From Bacteroidota bacterium (lineage in GTDB: Bacteria; Bacteroidota; Bacteroidia; Bacteroidales; VadinHA17): a DNA stretch of 64,000 bases. The DNA is taken from assembly GCA_043800695.1 (NCBI GenBank), contig JAZDMU010000002.1, positions 27,944 through 91,943 on the forward strand, written 5' to 3'. A program made the position numbers and the translations under genes. Shown in pieces: positions 50,640 to 61,708 of the stretch. The first letter of the stretch is position 1. The number at the start of each line of letters is the position of its first letter. The notes under the pieces were generated by a model. That model did not search any database. It worked only from the letters and a program-made list of their open reading frames with translations, and was not told the DNA's origin.

Positions 50640-51356
50640 TCAGTCGGATAGCTGCTGTTTATACATCTGGATCGTATTTTCGAGTCCCATATACAAAGCA
50701 TCGGCTATCAGTGCATGACCTATAGATACCTCCATGAGCCATGGAATATTCTTGTGAAGATAGGCAAGGTTCTCAAGATTAAGATCGTGCCCGGCATTGA
50801 CGCCAAGTCCTTCATCCCTGGCTATCAGAGCGGCTCTAACAAATGGTTTGACAGACTCTGCCGCATTCCTGCTGAAAGCCGAGGCATAAGGTTCCGTATA
50901 TAGTTCAACCCTGTCAGTGCCTGTGAGAGCTGCATTCTCAATGTTCGCAGTATCGGTGTCTACGAAGATTGATGTCCGTATCCCTGCTTTTTTGAATGTG
51001 GAGACAATATCCGTAAGGAAGCTCCTGTATTTCACTGTATCCCACCCGGCATTTGACGTGATGGCATCATGCCTGTCAGGTACCAGGGTGACCTGGTGTG
51101 GCTTTACCGAAAGCACAAGATCAATAAAACTGTCAGAGGGATTTCCTTCGATGTTGAATTCTGTCCTGATGATGGGCCTGATCTCAAGCACATCTTTATA
51201 TCTGATATGTCTTTCATCAGGTCGGGGGTGAACGGTAATTCCTTCTGCCCCGTATACCTGGCAGTTGATAGCAGCATTCAGCACATTGGGGATGTTTCCT
51301 CCTCTCGCGTTGCGCAATGTTGCTATCTTGTTGATATTAACACTCAGCTTGGTCAT
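50640..51356 (-). CDS. pdxJ: Pyridoxine 5'-phosphate synthase
   Basis: [34 protein letters not shown]. Confidence 0.97.
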   Translation of the reverse strand: MTKLSVNINKIATLRNARGGNIPNVLNAAINCQVYGAEGITVHPRPDERHIRYKDVLEIRPIIRTEFNIEGNPSDSFIDLVLSVKPHQVTLVPDRHDAITSNAGWDTVKYRSFLTDIVSTFKKAGIRTSIFVDTDTANIENAALTGTDRVELYTEPYASAFSRNAAESVKPFVRAALIARDEGLGVNAGHDLNLENLAYLHKNIPWLMEVSIGHALIADALYMGLENTIQMYKQQLSD

Positions 51357-51449
51357 ATAATAAAATGTGTAAGTTAACCGTATTGTATATGTAATGCAAA
51401 ATTAACAGAACTGGCAATTTATTATTATATTAGATGAAAATTAAGCCTG

Positions 51450-52115
51450 ATGATCGCCAACGATTTGATATCTGAGATAATCCCATCCCTGAAAACATCT
51501 GACACAGGCCAAACCGCTCTTAACTGGATGGAAATATTCAGGATATCCCATCTGCCGATAGTGAACAACCAGGATTTCCTCGGCCTTATATCCGATACCG
51601 ATATTTATGACATGAACCAGCCGGAAGAACCTATCGGGAACCATGAGCTTACACTGTTGAAACCATATGTAACTGATAACCAGCATCTTTTTGAGGTTAT
51701 TGGGCTCGTGGCAAGGCTTAAGCTGTCGGTTGTCCCCGTTCTTGATAACAGCAATCATTATAAAGGTGTAATCACTACCAGCGATCTGATCAGGCATATG
51801 GCAGGCATCTCATCAATGGACCAGCCGGGGGGCATTATTGTCCTTGAGCTTATTGAAAGGGACTATTCTCTTTCGCAGATTGCCCAGATAGTGGAAGGCA
51901 ACAATATCAAGGTGTTGAGCATGTATATTACTTCACCCGCGGAATCCACAAGGCTCGAGGTGACACTTAAAGTGAATACCACCGATTTGTTTGCCCTGAT
52001 AAGGACCTTTGAGAGGTATAATTATGAAGTAAAGACCTGGGTTACAACCAATGACTCGATCGACAGGTTCTATTCAGAAAGGTTTGACCTCCTGATGAAA
52101 TATCTTAATATGTGA
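51450..52115 (+). CDS. CBS domain protein
   Basis: Two CBS repeats (HLPIVN...GLIS; VVPVLD...GVIT); usual neighbour of nadK. Confidence 0.88.
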   Translation: MIANDLISEIIPSLKTSDTGQTALNWMEIFRISHLPIVNNQDFLGLISDTDIYDMNQPEEPIGNHELTLLKPYVTDNQHLFEVIGLVARLKLSVVPVLDNSNHYKGVITTSDLIRHMAGISSMDQPGGIIVLELIERDYSLSQIAQIVEGNNIKVLSMYITSPAESTRLEVTLKVNTTDLFALIRTFERYNYEVKTWVTTNDSIDRFYSERFDLLMKYLNM

Positions 52116-52121
52116 ACGGGA

Positions 52122-53000
52122 ATGCTCAGAAAAGTAGCGATATTCAGCAAAGATAACAATGCCAAAACTATTAAAGGAGTGCAGAACCTTATCACCGAGT
52201 TCTGCAAAAGAGATATTCTGGTTCAGTTGTTTCATAATAAGGGAAGTTCGCCAGCAGGGTACGAAGGCAAAATAAGCCGGCGTTTCAGTGATTTTTCCGA
52301 TCTGAAGGATAAGCCGGATATGGTTATGAGCGTTGGTGGCGACGGTACTTACCTGGAGACGGTGTTAAGGGTGATGGATTCAGGAATCCCTGTGGCAGGA
52401 GTAAATACCGGAAGGATGGGTTTCCTGGCAAATATTCCCGGTGAAGAGATCGGCAGGTCAATCGACCTTTTATGCAGTAATGAATATGAGATCATTGAAA
52501 GATCCCTCCTGCAGATATCAGGTCCTTCCGGAATCTTTGCACCCGAACCCGCCACGGCCTTAAATGAAATAACAATCCAGAAGTCGAACGTTAGCATGAT
52601 CACTATCAATGTTTATGTTGATGACGTTTACCTTAACACTTACTGGGCTGACGGACTGATCATGTCGACTGCCACAGGATCGACGGCATACAACCTCAGT
52701 GTGGGAGGACCTATCCTTTCCCCTGATGATGAAAGCATTATCATTTCACCTATCTCTCCTCATAACCTTACTATAAGGCCGATAGTTCTTTCAGGGAACA
52801 GCAGATTGAGAATGGTGATGGAAGCCAGGGCTGACGAATTCCTTGTAACCTGCGATTTCCGCTATAAGAAACTGCCGCTTACGGAAGAGATCGTGATTGA
52901 AAAAGCCGGCATAAAGCTGAAAACTGTAATGCTAAAAGGGATGGATTTCTACAGTACGCTGAGAAACAGGCTGATGTGGGGTGTGGATAAAAGAAATTAA
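52122..53000 (+). CDS. nadK: NAD kinase
   Basis: GGDGT, GRMGFL, ALNE, TATGSTAYNLSVGG. Confidence 0.97.
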   Translation: MLRKVAIFSKDNNAKTIKGVQNLITEFCKRDILVQLFHNKGSSPAGYEGKISRRFSDFSDLKDKPDMVMSVGGDGTYLETVLRVMDSGIPVAGVNTGRMGFLANIPGEEIGRSIDLLCSNEYEIIERSLLQISGPSGIFAPEPATALNEITIQKSNVSMITINVYVDDVYLNTYWADGLIMSTATGSTAYNLSVGGPILSPDDESIIISPISPHNLTIRPIVLSGNSRLRMVMEARADEFLVTCDFRYKKLPLTEEIVIEKAGIKLKTVMLKGMDFYSTLRNRLMWGVDKRN

Positions 53001-53040
53001 TATTCTTATATTTGTATCGACAATATAAATATTTCATGTC

Positions 53041-53787
53041 ATGAAACGAAGTATTCTGGTCATTCTGATAATTTGTCTTTCAGCTCCGTTTTCACAGGCA
53101 CAGCTCTGGAAAATGAGAAGATGGGAAGCAGTTGGCGGAGTTGGCCCGTCGTTCTTCTTTGGTGATATAGGCGGTTTCACTCCAAGCAAGAATATTCTCG
53201 GTTTACGTGACCTGACATACAGGCAGACAAGGTTCGATGTGAACGGGAATCTGAAATTCAGGATCACAAGAGAAATAAATGCCAGGGTGAGTCTGACATA
53301 TGCCCTGTTTCATGCTACAGATGAGAGAGGCTCAAATGAAAATAGAGGATATGATGCAATTACATCAGTATTTGAACCGGCAATAATAGGTGAATACTAT
53401 TTTATCAAAAACATGGCAGAGAACAGTTACCTGTTCGTGAAAGGAAAAGAACGTTTTATTTTCGAGCTCCTTAAGTCCCTTGATTTTTATGCATTTGCAG
53501 GTATCGGAGGAGTATCCTACAGTGTAAAGGGCAATGATGCTCTCATTGACCATGGAATGGAGACAAGTGGATTCACTGCAGTCATCCCGGGCGGCCTCGG
53601 AGCAACCCTTATCTTTTCTCCAAACCTTAATTTCGGTGTTGAGGCTGGGGGCAGGTATGCCTTTACTGATTTTCTTGACGGCTATACTTCACAATATTCC
53701 AAGTCAAACGACGTTTATTATTTTTTAAATTTCACTTTCACCTACAAGCTGAAAACAGGGCCGAACGGATTGCCCTCTTTCAGATGA
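53041..53787 (+). CDS. Outer-membrane beta-barrel protein (DUF6089-like)
   Basis: Signal peptide, FFGDIG, TDFLDG, NDVYYF. Confidence 0.75.
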   Translation: MKRSILVILIICLSAPFSQAQLWKMRRWEAVGGVGPSFFFGDIGGFTPSKNILGLRDLTYRQTRFDVNGNLKFRITREINARVSLTYALFHATDERGSNENRGYDAITSVFEPAIIGEYYFIKNMAENSYLFVKGKERFIFELLKSLDFYAFAGIGGVSYSVKGNDALIDHGMETSGFTAVIPGGLGATLIFSPNLNFGVEAGGRYAFTDFLDGYTSQYSKSNDVYYFLNFTFTYKLKTGPNGLPSFR

Positions 53788-53808
53788 TAATGAGCCGGAC
53801 CTTTTTTA

Positions 53809-54486
53809 ATGAAACGAGTACCTTGGATCTTCTTTTTATTCAGCCTTTCACTTACCGCTGCCGCACAGCGTAATTCTGATTATGGGGTATTTACAGGTGT
53901 CTCATCTTACCTTGGGGATATCAATCCGAACAGGCTTATGTACTCGCCAATGCCCGCCGGAGGCATCTTCTACAGGTATAACTTTCATCCGCGACACTCA
54001 CTCAGAGGCAGTATCTTTTTCGGGGGATTGAAGGCCGACGATCTCGATTTTAATAACAGTTACCAGATTAACAGGGCAGCATCATTTTCAGGGACAGCAG
54101 GAGAACTGGCAGTTCAGTTTGAATTCAATTTTCTTCCATACACCACCGAGGGAAAGTTCTGGGATTTTTCACCCTATTTTGCTGCCGGAGCAGGCCTTGT
54201 AATGATCAATTCAGGATCCTTAGCCTTTCAGCCTGCTATACCGTTTTCAGCAGGCTTTAAGGTGAATATCTATAAAAATATGGGGCTGGAGGCCGAATAT
54301 GGCTTTCGTAAAACTTTTTATGATAACTTTGACGGCCTGAATGATCCGGTTGCCCCATCGGATTTTGCATGGCTCCATAACAACGACTGGTACTCATTTG
54401 CAGGCGTTGCGCTTACATGGAAAATATTCAACAAAATGACCGGTTGCCCGACTTATGACGATGTGGACGGGAAGAGAAGAAGGTAA
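53809..54486 (+). CDS. DUF6089/PorG-like outer-membrane protein
   Basis: YLGDINP, RKTFYDNFDG, NNDWYSF, C-terminal CP; directly before uppS-bamA. Confidence 0.8.
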   Translation: MKRVPWIFFLFSLSLTAAAQRNSDYGVFTGVSSYLGDINPNRLMYSPMPAGGIFYRYNFHPRHSLRGSIFFGGLKADDLDFNNSYQINRAASFSGTAGELAVQFEFNFLPYTTEGKFWDFSPYFAAGAGLVMINSGSLAFQPAIPFSAGFKVNIYKNMGLEAEYGFRKTFYDNFDGLNDPVAPSDFAWLHNNDWYSFAGVALTWKIFNKMTGCPTYDDVDGKRRR

Positions 54487-54489
54487 TGT

Positions 54490-55236
54490 ATGTCATTAAA
54501 GGATAAGATTGATATCGAAAAACTGCCTGCTCATGTTGCAGTGATAATGGATGGCAACGGACGATGGGCCATTCATAATGGAATGGAGAGGATATTCGGG
54601 CACCAGAAAGGAGTTGAATCGGTAAGGAGCGTCATCGAAGCTGCTGCCGAACTTGGCATAGAGTACCTGACCCTTTATGCTTTCTCAACTGAGAACTGGG
54701 AAAGGCCTGATGATGAGGTATCAGCGCTGATGAGCTTAATGATTCAATCCCTTAATAATGAGACATCAACAATGGTCAGGAACAATATCAGGATGAATGC
54801 CATCGGTGATCTCAGCAGGCTCGCTGATGACGTTCGGGAAAAATTGTCTGAGACCATTCAGACAACCTCGGTATCTACCGGTTTAAACCTTATCATTGCC
54901 CTGAGCTACAGCTCCAGGTGGGAAATAACTGAAGCTGCAAGAAAGGCCGCCCGGGAATCAGCCTCCGGGAAACTCAATCCGGAAAAGATCGATGAAGCTC
55001 TGTTTGAAAAGTATCTAAGTACGGAAGGAATACCTGATCCTGACCTGCTTATAAGAACAAGCGGAGAAATGCGGATAAGCAATTTCCTTCTGTGGCAGAT
55101 GGCTTACACTGAATTATACTTTACATATAAACTTTGGCCTGATTTTGGTAAGGAAGATTTCTATGATGCTATTATAGACTTCCAGAAAAGAGAAAGAAGA
55201 TTTGGAAAAACAAGTGAACAGTTACCGGAAAAATAA
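54490..55236 (+). CDS. uppS: Undecaprenyl diphosphate synthase
   Basis: IMDGNGRWA, AFSTENW, IRTSGEMRISNFLLWQ. Confidence 0.98.
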   Translation: MSLKDKIDIEKLPAHVAVIMDGNGRWAIHNGMERIFGHQKGVESVRSVIEAAAELGIEYLTLYAFSTENWERPDDEVSALMSLMIQSLNNETSTMVRNNIRMNAIGDLSRLADDVREKLSETIQTTSVSTGLNLIIALSYSSRWEITEAARKAARESASGKLNPEKIDEALFEKYLSTEGIPDPDLLIRTSGEMRISNFLLWQMAYTELYFTYKLWPDFGKEDFYDAIIDFQKRERRFGKTSEQLPEK

Positions 55237-55240
55237 TCAG

Positions 55241-57775
55241 ATGATGTTGTTCAGGAGATTAAAGCGGACAGTTTTAGCACCATTCCTTATTCTGGCATGT
55301 ATAACAATCAATGCCCAGGAGAAGCAGGAGATCATTGACTATATGACCCAGGATGAATATGTTATCGGAGGGGTAACGGTTTCGGGCATAAGGTTTCTGG
55401 ATATAAACGCCCTTATAGGTATTTCAGGCCTGAGAGTGGGGCAGGAGATCGCAATCCCTGGCGATGCTGTATCAAACGCTGCAAAAAAACTATGGCAGCA
55501 GGGGCTCTTCTCAGATGTGAGAATAACAATAGACAGGTTTCAGGCAGATACTGTTTTCCTGGATATCTTCCTGCAGGAGAGACCGAGAATTTCATCAATC
55601 AGGTTCGAAGGGATCAGAACCGGTGAGACACAGGATATTGTTGATAAGATCAACCTTCCTGTCGGTTCACAGCTAACTTCGTATATCCTGACAACCACAT
55701 CAAAAATCATCAGGGACCATTACATCGAAAAGGGTTTCCTGAACACAACGGTCGATTTTATCCAGAAAGATGATCCTGACCTGCCTAATAATGTGATACT
55801 TACCATTAACGTTGATAAAAAAGAGCGGGTAAAGATCGGGGAATTCACCTTTGAGGGCAACGAGAGCTTTGATATTAAAAAGCTCCGCAGGCAGATGAAG
55901 GGTACCAAGCAAATAAACCTCAACATTTTCAAAGCTTCAAAATACATTGATGAGAAGTATGATGAAGACAAGGAGAAGCTTATAACATTTTATAACGACA
56001 ACGGATTCAAGGATTTTACCATACTCTCTGATTCACTGTACAATATTTCCGAGGACAGGGTAGGACTGAAGATGAAGCTTGATGAAGGCAATCAATACTT
56101 CCTCAGGGGAGTGAACTGGGTCGGCAACAGTGTATACAGGAAAGAAGATCTTGACAGGGTTTTTAATGTTGAAAAGGGCTCTGTTTATAACCAGTCGCTT
56201 ATTCTTGACAGGCTTACCGGTTCCGCAGGGGCAGAAGATGCCGTGAACAATCTTTATCTCGATTACGGGTACCTCTTCTCGCAGGTTGTGCCGGTTGAAG
56301 CAAACGTTGAAGGCGATTCGGTTGATCTGGAGATACGTATTTATGAGGGAGACCAGGCATATGTCAACGACATTATGATAACCGGGAATACCCGTACCAA
56401 TGAGCATGTTGCCAGGCGCGAGCTATATACTCTGCCAGGCGATCTTTTCAGCAAGGAGAAAATCATCAGGTCGATACGCCAGCTTGGGGTTCTCGGGCAT
56501 TTCGACCCTGAAAAGATCAATCCAAACCCTCTGCCTGATCCTGTGAACGGAACCGTTGATCTTCTCTACAAACTTGAAGAAAAAGCAAACGACCAGTTTG
56601 AAATATCCGGGGGATGGGGAGCAGGAATGCTAGTCGGGACCGTCGGGGTGCGCTTCAATAATTTTGCAATGAGGAATTTCTTCAAGCCTGGAGATTGGAG
56701 GCCCTATCCATCAGGTGACGGTCAATCGCTGAGCATAAGGGCACAATCGAACGGAAGGGTATACCAGTCTTATAACCTCTCTTTTATGGAGCCATGGCTT
56801 GGCGGCAAAAAACCGAATTCCTTCTCTGTATCAGTCTACCGTTCAAAGCTTACTAACAATACAAAGAGAGGAGAAGACGGGTACCAGTCGATGATAATTG
56901 ACGGTGCATCAATAGGTCTTGGAAAACGGCTCGAATGGCCTGATGATTTTTTTTCGCTTTTCGGCGAGGCCTCTTACCAACGGTATGATATGAACAATTA
57001 TACGGTGATGCAGTTCCTGTTCCAGAACGGTGTGGCAAACCTTCTTAGTCTGACGGGAAGGCTCCAGAGGTTCTCAACCAGTCCCAACCTTATTTACCCG
57101 AGGAGCGGGTCATCCTTTACACTCTCTCTTCAGGCAACTCCCCCGTATTCGCTCATAAGCGGCAGGGATATGTCGACACTCACCGACCAGGAGAAATATA
57201 AGTGGATTGAGTTCCATAAATGGATTTTCAAGGCTGATTACTATTTCCCGATGACCAAGAATGACAAGCTTGTACTCAATACCCGTTTCTCATTTGGATA
57301 TCTGGGGCACTACAATAACGATATCGGACCTTCACCCTTTGAGAACTTCTCAGTGGGAGGCGACGGCATGACAGGATATTCCTTCTACGGCCGTGAGATA
57401 ATATCACTTAGGGGCTATTCTTCCGGCACCGGAGGCGTGGGTTCATTAACGCCGCTGGATCCTGAAACAGGAGCGCCGGCAGGCAACATATATTCAAAGA
57501 TCACTGCCGAGATCAGGTACCCGATATCGCTTAATCCGCAGGCTACCATTTATGCTCTTGCATTTCTTGAAGCAGGACGGGCATGGACAAAGCTCAATGA
57601 ATACAATCCGTTCAGGATGAACCGCGCGGCAGGGTTCGGACTCAGGGCCAACCTGCCAATGTTCGGACTTCTGGGGATAGACTGGGGTTATGGATTTGAT
57701 GAAGTCCCTGATCCCTCTGCTTTTCCAAATGCCAATAAATCACAATTCCACTTCGTAATAGGACAACAATTCTAA
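55241..57775 (+). CDS. bamA: Outer membrane protein assembly factor BamA
   Basis: POTRA repeats, GNTRT, LRGY, C-terminal HFVIGQQF. Confidence 0.96.
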   Translation: MMLFRRLKRTVLAPFLILACITINAQEKQEIIDYMTQDEYVIGGVTVSGIRFLDINALIGISGLRVGQEIAIPGDAVSNAAKKLWQQGLFSDVRITIDRFQADTVFLDIFLQERPRISSIRFEGIRTGETQDIVDKINLPVGSQLTSYILTTTSKIIRDHYIEKGFLNTTVDFIQKDDPDLPNNVILTINVDKKERVKIGEFTFEGNESFDIKKLRRQMKGTKQINLNIFKASKYIDEKYDEDKEKLITFYNDNGFKDFTILSDSLYNISEDRVGLKMKLDEGNQYFLRGVNWVGNSVYRKEDLDRVFNVEKGSVYNQSLILDRLTGSAGAEDAVNNLYLDYGYLFSQVVPVEANVEGDSVDLEIRIYEGDQAYVNDIMITGNTRTNEHVARRELYTLPGDLFSKEKIIRSIRQLGVLGHFDPEKINPNPLPDPVNGTVDLLYKLEEKANDQFEISGGWGAGMLVGTVGVRFNNFAMRNFFKPGDWRPYPSGDGQSLSIRAQSNGRVYQSYNLSFMEPWLGGKKPNSFSVSVYRSKLTNNTKRGEDGYQSMIIDGASIGLGKRLEWPDDFFSLFGEASYQRYDMNNYTVMQFLFQNGVANLLSLTGRLQRFSTSPNLIYPRSGSSFTLSLQATPPYSLISGRDMSTLTDQEKYKWIEFHKWIFKADYYFPMTKNDKLVLNTRFSFGYLGHYNNDIGPSPFENFSVGGDGMTGYSFYGREIISLRGYSSGTGGVGSLTPLDPETGAPAGNIYSKITAEIRYPISLNPQATIYALAFLEAGRAWTKLNEYNPFRMNRAAGFGLRANLPMFGLLGIDWGYGFDEVPDPSAFPNANKSQFHFVIGQQF

Positions 57776-57797
57776 AATGCGTTTAAAATTGATAATT

Positions 57798-58313
57798 ATG
57801 AAAAAAATAGGTGTTTTAACAGTAATAATGATTCTGACATCAGCCATGGCTGTAGCTCAGAAATATGCGTTTGTTGATTCTGAGTATATCAGAAAAAACA
57901 TACCGGCTTTCACAACAGCCCAGGAGCAGCTTGATAAACTGTCGGAACAGTGGGAGAAAGAAGTTGCTGACGGTTATGCTGTTGTTGAACAGATGTACAA
58001 ATCGTACCAGAATGAAGCCGTGCTTCTTTCACAGGAAATGAAAACCAAAAGGGAGGAAACCATCATCGCCAAAGAACAGGAGATGAAGGAGCTTCAGAAC
58101 AAGTACTTCGGAATGGAAGGCGAGCTTTTCAAGAAAAGGGAAGAACTTGTGAAACCCATTCAGGATGAAATTCTTAAAGCAATCAAGGATATTGCTGTTG
58201 AAGGAAGCTATGCCGTTATTTTCGATACTGCTTCCGGAGGGAATATTCTTTTTGCCAACCCCAAGTACGACATTAGCGATCAGGTACTTGAAAAATTAGG
58301 TTATAACAATTAA
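57798..58313 (+). CDS. skp: OmpH/Skp chaperone
   Basis: AFVDSEYI, coiled coils, YDISDQVL; follows bamA. Confidence 0.92.
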   Translation: MKKIGVLTVIMILTSAMAVAQKYAFVDSEYIRKNIPAFTTAQEQLDKLSEQWEKEVADGYAVVEQMYKSYQNEAVLLSQEMKTKREETIIAKEQEMKELQNKYFGMEGELFKKREELVKPIQDEILKAIKDIAVEGSYAVIFDTASGGNILFANPKYDISDQVLEKLGYNN

Positions 58314-58350
58314 TTAATTACTTTTGCAAATAATTTATAAAACTATCGTA

Positions 58351-58857
58351 ATGAAAAGATTCATAGGAATTGCAGCTCTCCTGATCTTTGTTGCAACTGC
58401 CGGTTATTCACAAAACCTGAAATTCGGGCATATTAACAGCGACGAACTTATCCAGGTACTGCCTGAATTTGATTCATCAAATGTTAAGCTTGAAAGCCTC
58501 CAGAAGGAGCTTGTCAATGCACTCGAACTTATGCAGGTGGAGCTAAATAATAAGAGTGATGCATATAATAAGGAAAGCAAAACCCTTACTGACATTGTAA
58601 GGCAGACCAAGGAACAGGAACTTATCGATCTCAACAGAAGGATCCAGGATTTTCAGACCAGTGCTCAGGAACAGCTTCAGAATAAGCAGGTTGAACTTTT
58701 TCAGCCGATCTATGCCAAGGTTGACAAGGCAATAAAGGATGTAGGTAAGGAGAACGGATTTACATACATTTATAATGTAGCAACCCTGCTCTATGTTGAT
58801 GAAGCCAAAAGCACCAATATTATGCCGCTGGTTAAGGCAAAACTCGGGATCAAATAA
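58351..58857 (+). CDS. skp: OmpH/Skp chaperone (second paralogue)
   Basis: KFGHINS, ENGFTYI, VKAKLGI. Confidence 0.92.
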   Translation: MKRFIGIAALLIFVATAGYSQNLKFGHINSDELIQVLPEFDSSNVKLESLQKELVNALELMQVELNNKSDAYNKESKTLTDIVRQTKEQELIDLNRRIQDFQTSAQEQLQNKQVELFQPIYAKVDKAIKDVGKENGFTYIYNVATLLYVDEAKSTNIMPLVKAKLGIK

Positions 58858-58876
58858 GACTAAATATTTTTATCAG

Positions 58877-58907
58877 TGACCATCCTTTCCGGGATGGTCA
58901 TTTTTTT
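58877..58907 (+). terminator. Intrinsic terminator after skp pair
   Basis: tgaccatcc-tttccg-ggatggtca-tttttttt. Confidence 0.85.
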
Positions 58908-58917
58908 ATAAGATATC

Positions 58918-59718
58918 GTGAAAAAACAACCTATCGGGATTTTTGACTCAGGCGTTGGCGGACTGACAGTCGCACATGCGATAAAACAGATACTGCCGGG
59001 AGAAAGCCTTGTCTATTTCGGCGATACCGCCCATCTTCCCTATGGCGACAAATCAGCTGATTCAATTAAATATTATTCCCGGAGGATAACTGAATTCCTT
59101 CTTGAGAATAATGCAAAAGTGGTGCTCGTAGCCTGCAACTCTGCTTCTGCTTCAGCATTCGATACCCTGAAAAAGGAGTTTAAGGGCAAAACTTTGCTTA
59201 TCGACGTTATCGATCCGGTTGTGGACTACATAAGCACCCGGGATTTAAAGAAAATTGGCGTTATAGGCACCAAGCGCACAATCAGTTCGGGAACATATGA
59301 AGCAAAGATCAGGCAGAAGTCGCCATCAACCACGGTAGTCTCAATGGCAACTCCGCTGCTCGTACCGATGATCGAGGAAGGCTTTATCTTTGACGATATA
59401 AGCAACGCCATCATCCGTGCATACCTTTCCGACCAGTCCCTGGCCGGTATCCAGGCTCTGATACTTGGATGCACTCATTATCCGATAATAAAAAACCAGA
59501 TCAGCAAGATATTCAACTTCAATGTTGAGGTTGTTGATTCGGGCAGGCTCGTTGCATCGATACTCAGGGATGCTTTGGAAATAAACGGACTTCTGAATGA
59601 TTCGGGAAAAGTAAGCGACCAGTTCTATGTTTCAGACTATACACCTTATTTTGAGAAGATCGCAAGAATGTTTTTCGAGGGAGATATAAACCTGAAGAAG
59701 GTTGAAATCTGGAACTGA
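58918..59718 (+). CDS. murI: Glutamate racemase
   Basis: FDSGVGGLTV, PYG, ACNSAS, LGCTHYP. Confidence 0.97.
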   Translation: MKKQPIGIFDSGVGGLTVAHAIKQILPGESLVYFGDTAHLPYGDKSADSIKYYSRRITEFLLENNAKVVLVACNSASASAFDTLKKEFKGKTLLIDVIDPVVDYISTRDLKKIGVIGTKRTISSGTYEAKIRQKSPSTTVVSMATPLLVPMIEEGFIFDDISNAIIRAYLSDQSLAGIQALILGCTHYPIIKNQISKIFNFNVEVVDSGRLVASILRDALEINGLLNDSGKVSDQFYVSDYTPYFEKIARMFFEGDINLKKVEIWN

Positions 59719-59732
59719 GCTTCACGCAAAAC

Positions 59733-59800
59733 ATGACCAAAGTCATACACAATATTCAGGAATATTGTTTTGCTTCGGACTTAATTATAAGGTAAATTTG
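59733..59800 (+). promoter_or_regulatory. Promoter (TTTG 59769-59772, TAAATTTG 59793-59800) with upstream ATGAC-N4-GTCAT palindrome
   Basis: Canonical -33/-7 spacing; palindrome at 59733-59746. Confidence 0.6.
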
Positions 59801-59862
59801 CTTACCCTAAATAATTGATTATAAGTGTAACAAAGCCTCCCATCAAATATTAGAATCTAATC

Positions 59863-61707
59863 ATGGCTAAAAATTCAGAGGTTATTAAGAGAGAAGAGGT
59901 GGTGATCCGCTTTTCAGGTGACTCCGGCGACGGTATGCAGCTGACCGGGACTCTTTTTTCAGATACGGCAGCGCTATTTGGCAACGATCTGTCTACTTTC
60001 CCCGATTATCCTGCCGAGATCCGTGCACCCCAGGGAACAGTCGGAGGTGTCTCCGGCTTTCAGGTCCATCTCGGGCATTCAGAGATAAATACCCCGGGTG
60101 ACTATGCTGATGTCCTTGTAGCAATGAACCCCGCTGCCATCAAGGCAAATGCCAGGTGGGTAAAACCGGGAGGCACTATCATTTTTGATAAGGATAACTT
60201 TACTGACAAGAATATTGAAAAGGCCGGGTATCTGAGTGACCCTGTAAAGGAAGAAAAGATTGAAAACTACAATATCATCGCAGCTCCGATCTCCTCAATG
60301 GTGAAAGAAGCACTGAAGGATTTCGGCCTTGATCCAAAATCGGTACTGAGGACAAAAAATATGTTTGCCCTCGGAATGGTGTACTGGCTTTTTGACAGGA
60401 AACTTAAATATACCGAGCAGTATTTTGAAAAGAAATTCAGCAAGAAGCCTGAAATGGGTGAAGCAAACAAGGTTGCTCTCCGGACCGGTTACTATTATGC
60501 CGAGACCATTGAAGCTTTGAATCCTGTTATTAAAATTGAACCGGCAGAGATTGCCAATGGCACTTACAGAAATATAAGCGGGAATGCAGCTACTGCGTGG
60601 GGTTTTATCGCTGCTGCTGAAAAAGCCGGATTGAAACTTTTTGTGGGCTCCTATCCCATAACCCCGGCAACCGGCATACTTGAAGAGCTTGCTGCCCGCA
60701 AAGACCTTGGCGTTAAGTCATTCCAGGCTGAGGATGAAATTGCTGGCATATGCACCGCCCTTGGAGCAAGCTTTGCAGGAAACCTGGCCGTAACATCAAC
60801 ATCAGGTCCGGGGCTGGCCCTTAAATCAGAAGCTATCGGACTTGCCGTGATGGCTGAGCTTCCGGTAGTCGTTGTCAATGTTCAGCGCGGTGGTCCTTCG
60901 ACTGGGTTACCTACGAAGACAGAACAGGCCGACCTGATGCAGGCTCTCTTCGGCCGCAACGGCGAATGCCCGGTTGTGGTCATTGCAGCCAGCACACCCT
61001 CCGACTGTTTCAGGTATGCCTATGAAGCAGCAAAAATTGCACTGGAACACATGACACCGGTTCTTCTGCTGACTGACGGTTACCTGGCCAACGGTTCCGA
61101 ACCCTGGAAAATTCCCTCAGTCTCAGAGCTGCCCGGTATCAAACCTCCATTTGCCGACAGTAAAGATGTTCCATTCATGCCCTATAAGCGTGATTGCGAG
61201 ACACTTGTAAGGTCATGGGCAGTCCCGGGCACACCGGATCTTGAGCACAGGATAGGAGGGCTCGAAAAAACGTTAAAGGGAACAGTATCCTATATACCTG
61301 AGAACCATGAGATGATGGTAAAATTCAGAGCCGACAAGGTGGCAAAAATTGCCGGTTCAATACCTGATCTTGAGGTTTATGGCGAAGATTCGGGCGACCT
61401 TCTGGTGCTGGGATGGGGAGGAACAAAAGGTTATCTTCTGACAGCTGTAAGGGAACTGCAATCAGAAGGATATAAGGCCAGCCTGGCTCATTTCAACTAT
61501 ATTAATCCGCTGCCGGTAAATACCTGTGATGTATTCCGGAAGTTTAATAAGATCGTCGTTGCGGAACTCAACATGGGGCAGTTTGCTGATTATCTGAGGA
61601 TGAAGTGCCAGGGATTCAGCTATGAACAGATCAACAAAATACAGGGACTTCCATTCACAATAAAGGAGATAAAGGATAAATGCATTAAAATTCTGGAGGG
61701 AAAATAA
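59863..61707 (+). CDS. korA: 2-oxoacid:ferredoxin oxidoreductase alpha subunit
   Basis: GDSGDGMQ, YPITP, QAEDEI, TSGPG, QRGGPSTGLPT. Confidence 0.95.
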   Translation: MAKNSEVIKREEVVIRFSGDSGDGMQLTGTLFSDTAALFGNDLSTFPDYPAEIRAPQGTVGGVSGFQVHLGHSEINTPGDYADVLVAMNPAAIKANARWVKPGGTIIFDKDNFTDKNIEKAGYLSDPVKEEKIENYNIIAAPISSMVKEALKDFGLDPKSVLRTKNMFALGMVYWLFDRKLKYTEQYFEKKFSKKPEMGEANKVALRTGYYYAETIEALNPVIKIEPAEIANGTYRNISGNAATAWGFIAAAEKAGLKLFVGSYPITPATGILEELAARKDLGVKSFQAEDEIAGICTALGASFAGNLAVTSTSGPGLALKSEAIGLAVMAELPVVVVNVQRGGPSTGLPTKTEQADLMQALFGRNGECPVVVIAASTPSDCFRYAYEAAKIALEHMTPVLLLTDGYLANGSEPWKIPSVSELPGIKPPFADSKDVPFMPYKRDCETLVRSWAVPGTPDLEHRIGGLEKTLKGTVSYIPENHEMMVKFRADKVAKIAGSIPDLEVYGEDSGDLLVLGWGGTKGYLLTAVRELQSEGYKASLAHFNYINPLPVNTCDVFRKFNKIVVAELNMGQFADYLRMKCQGFSYEQINKIQGLPFTIKEIKDKCIKILEGK

Positions 61708-61708
61708 T

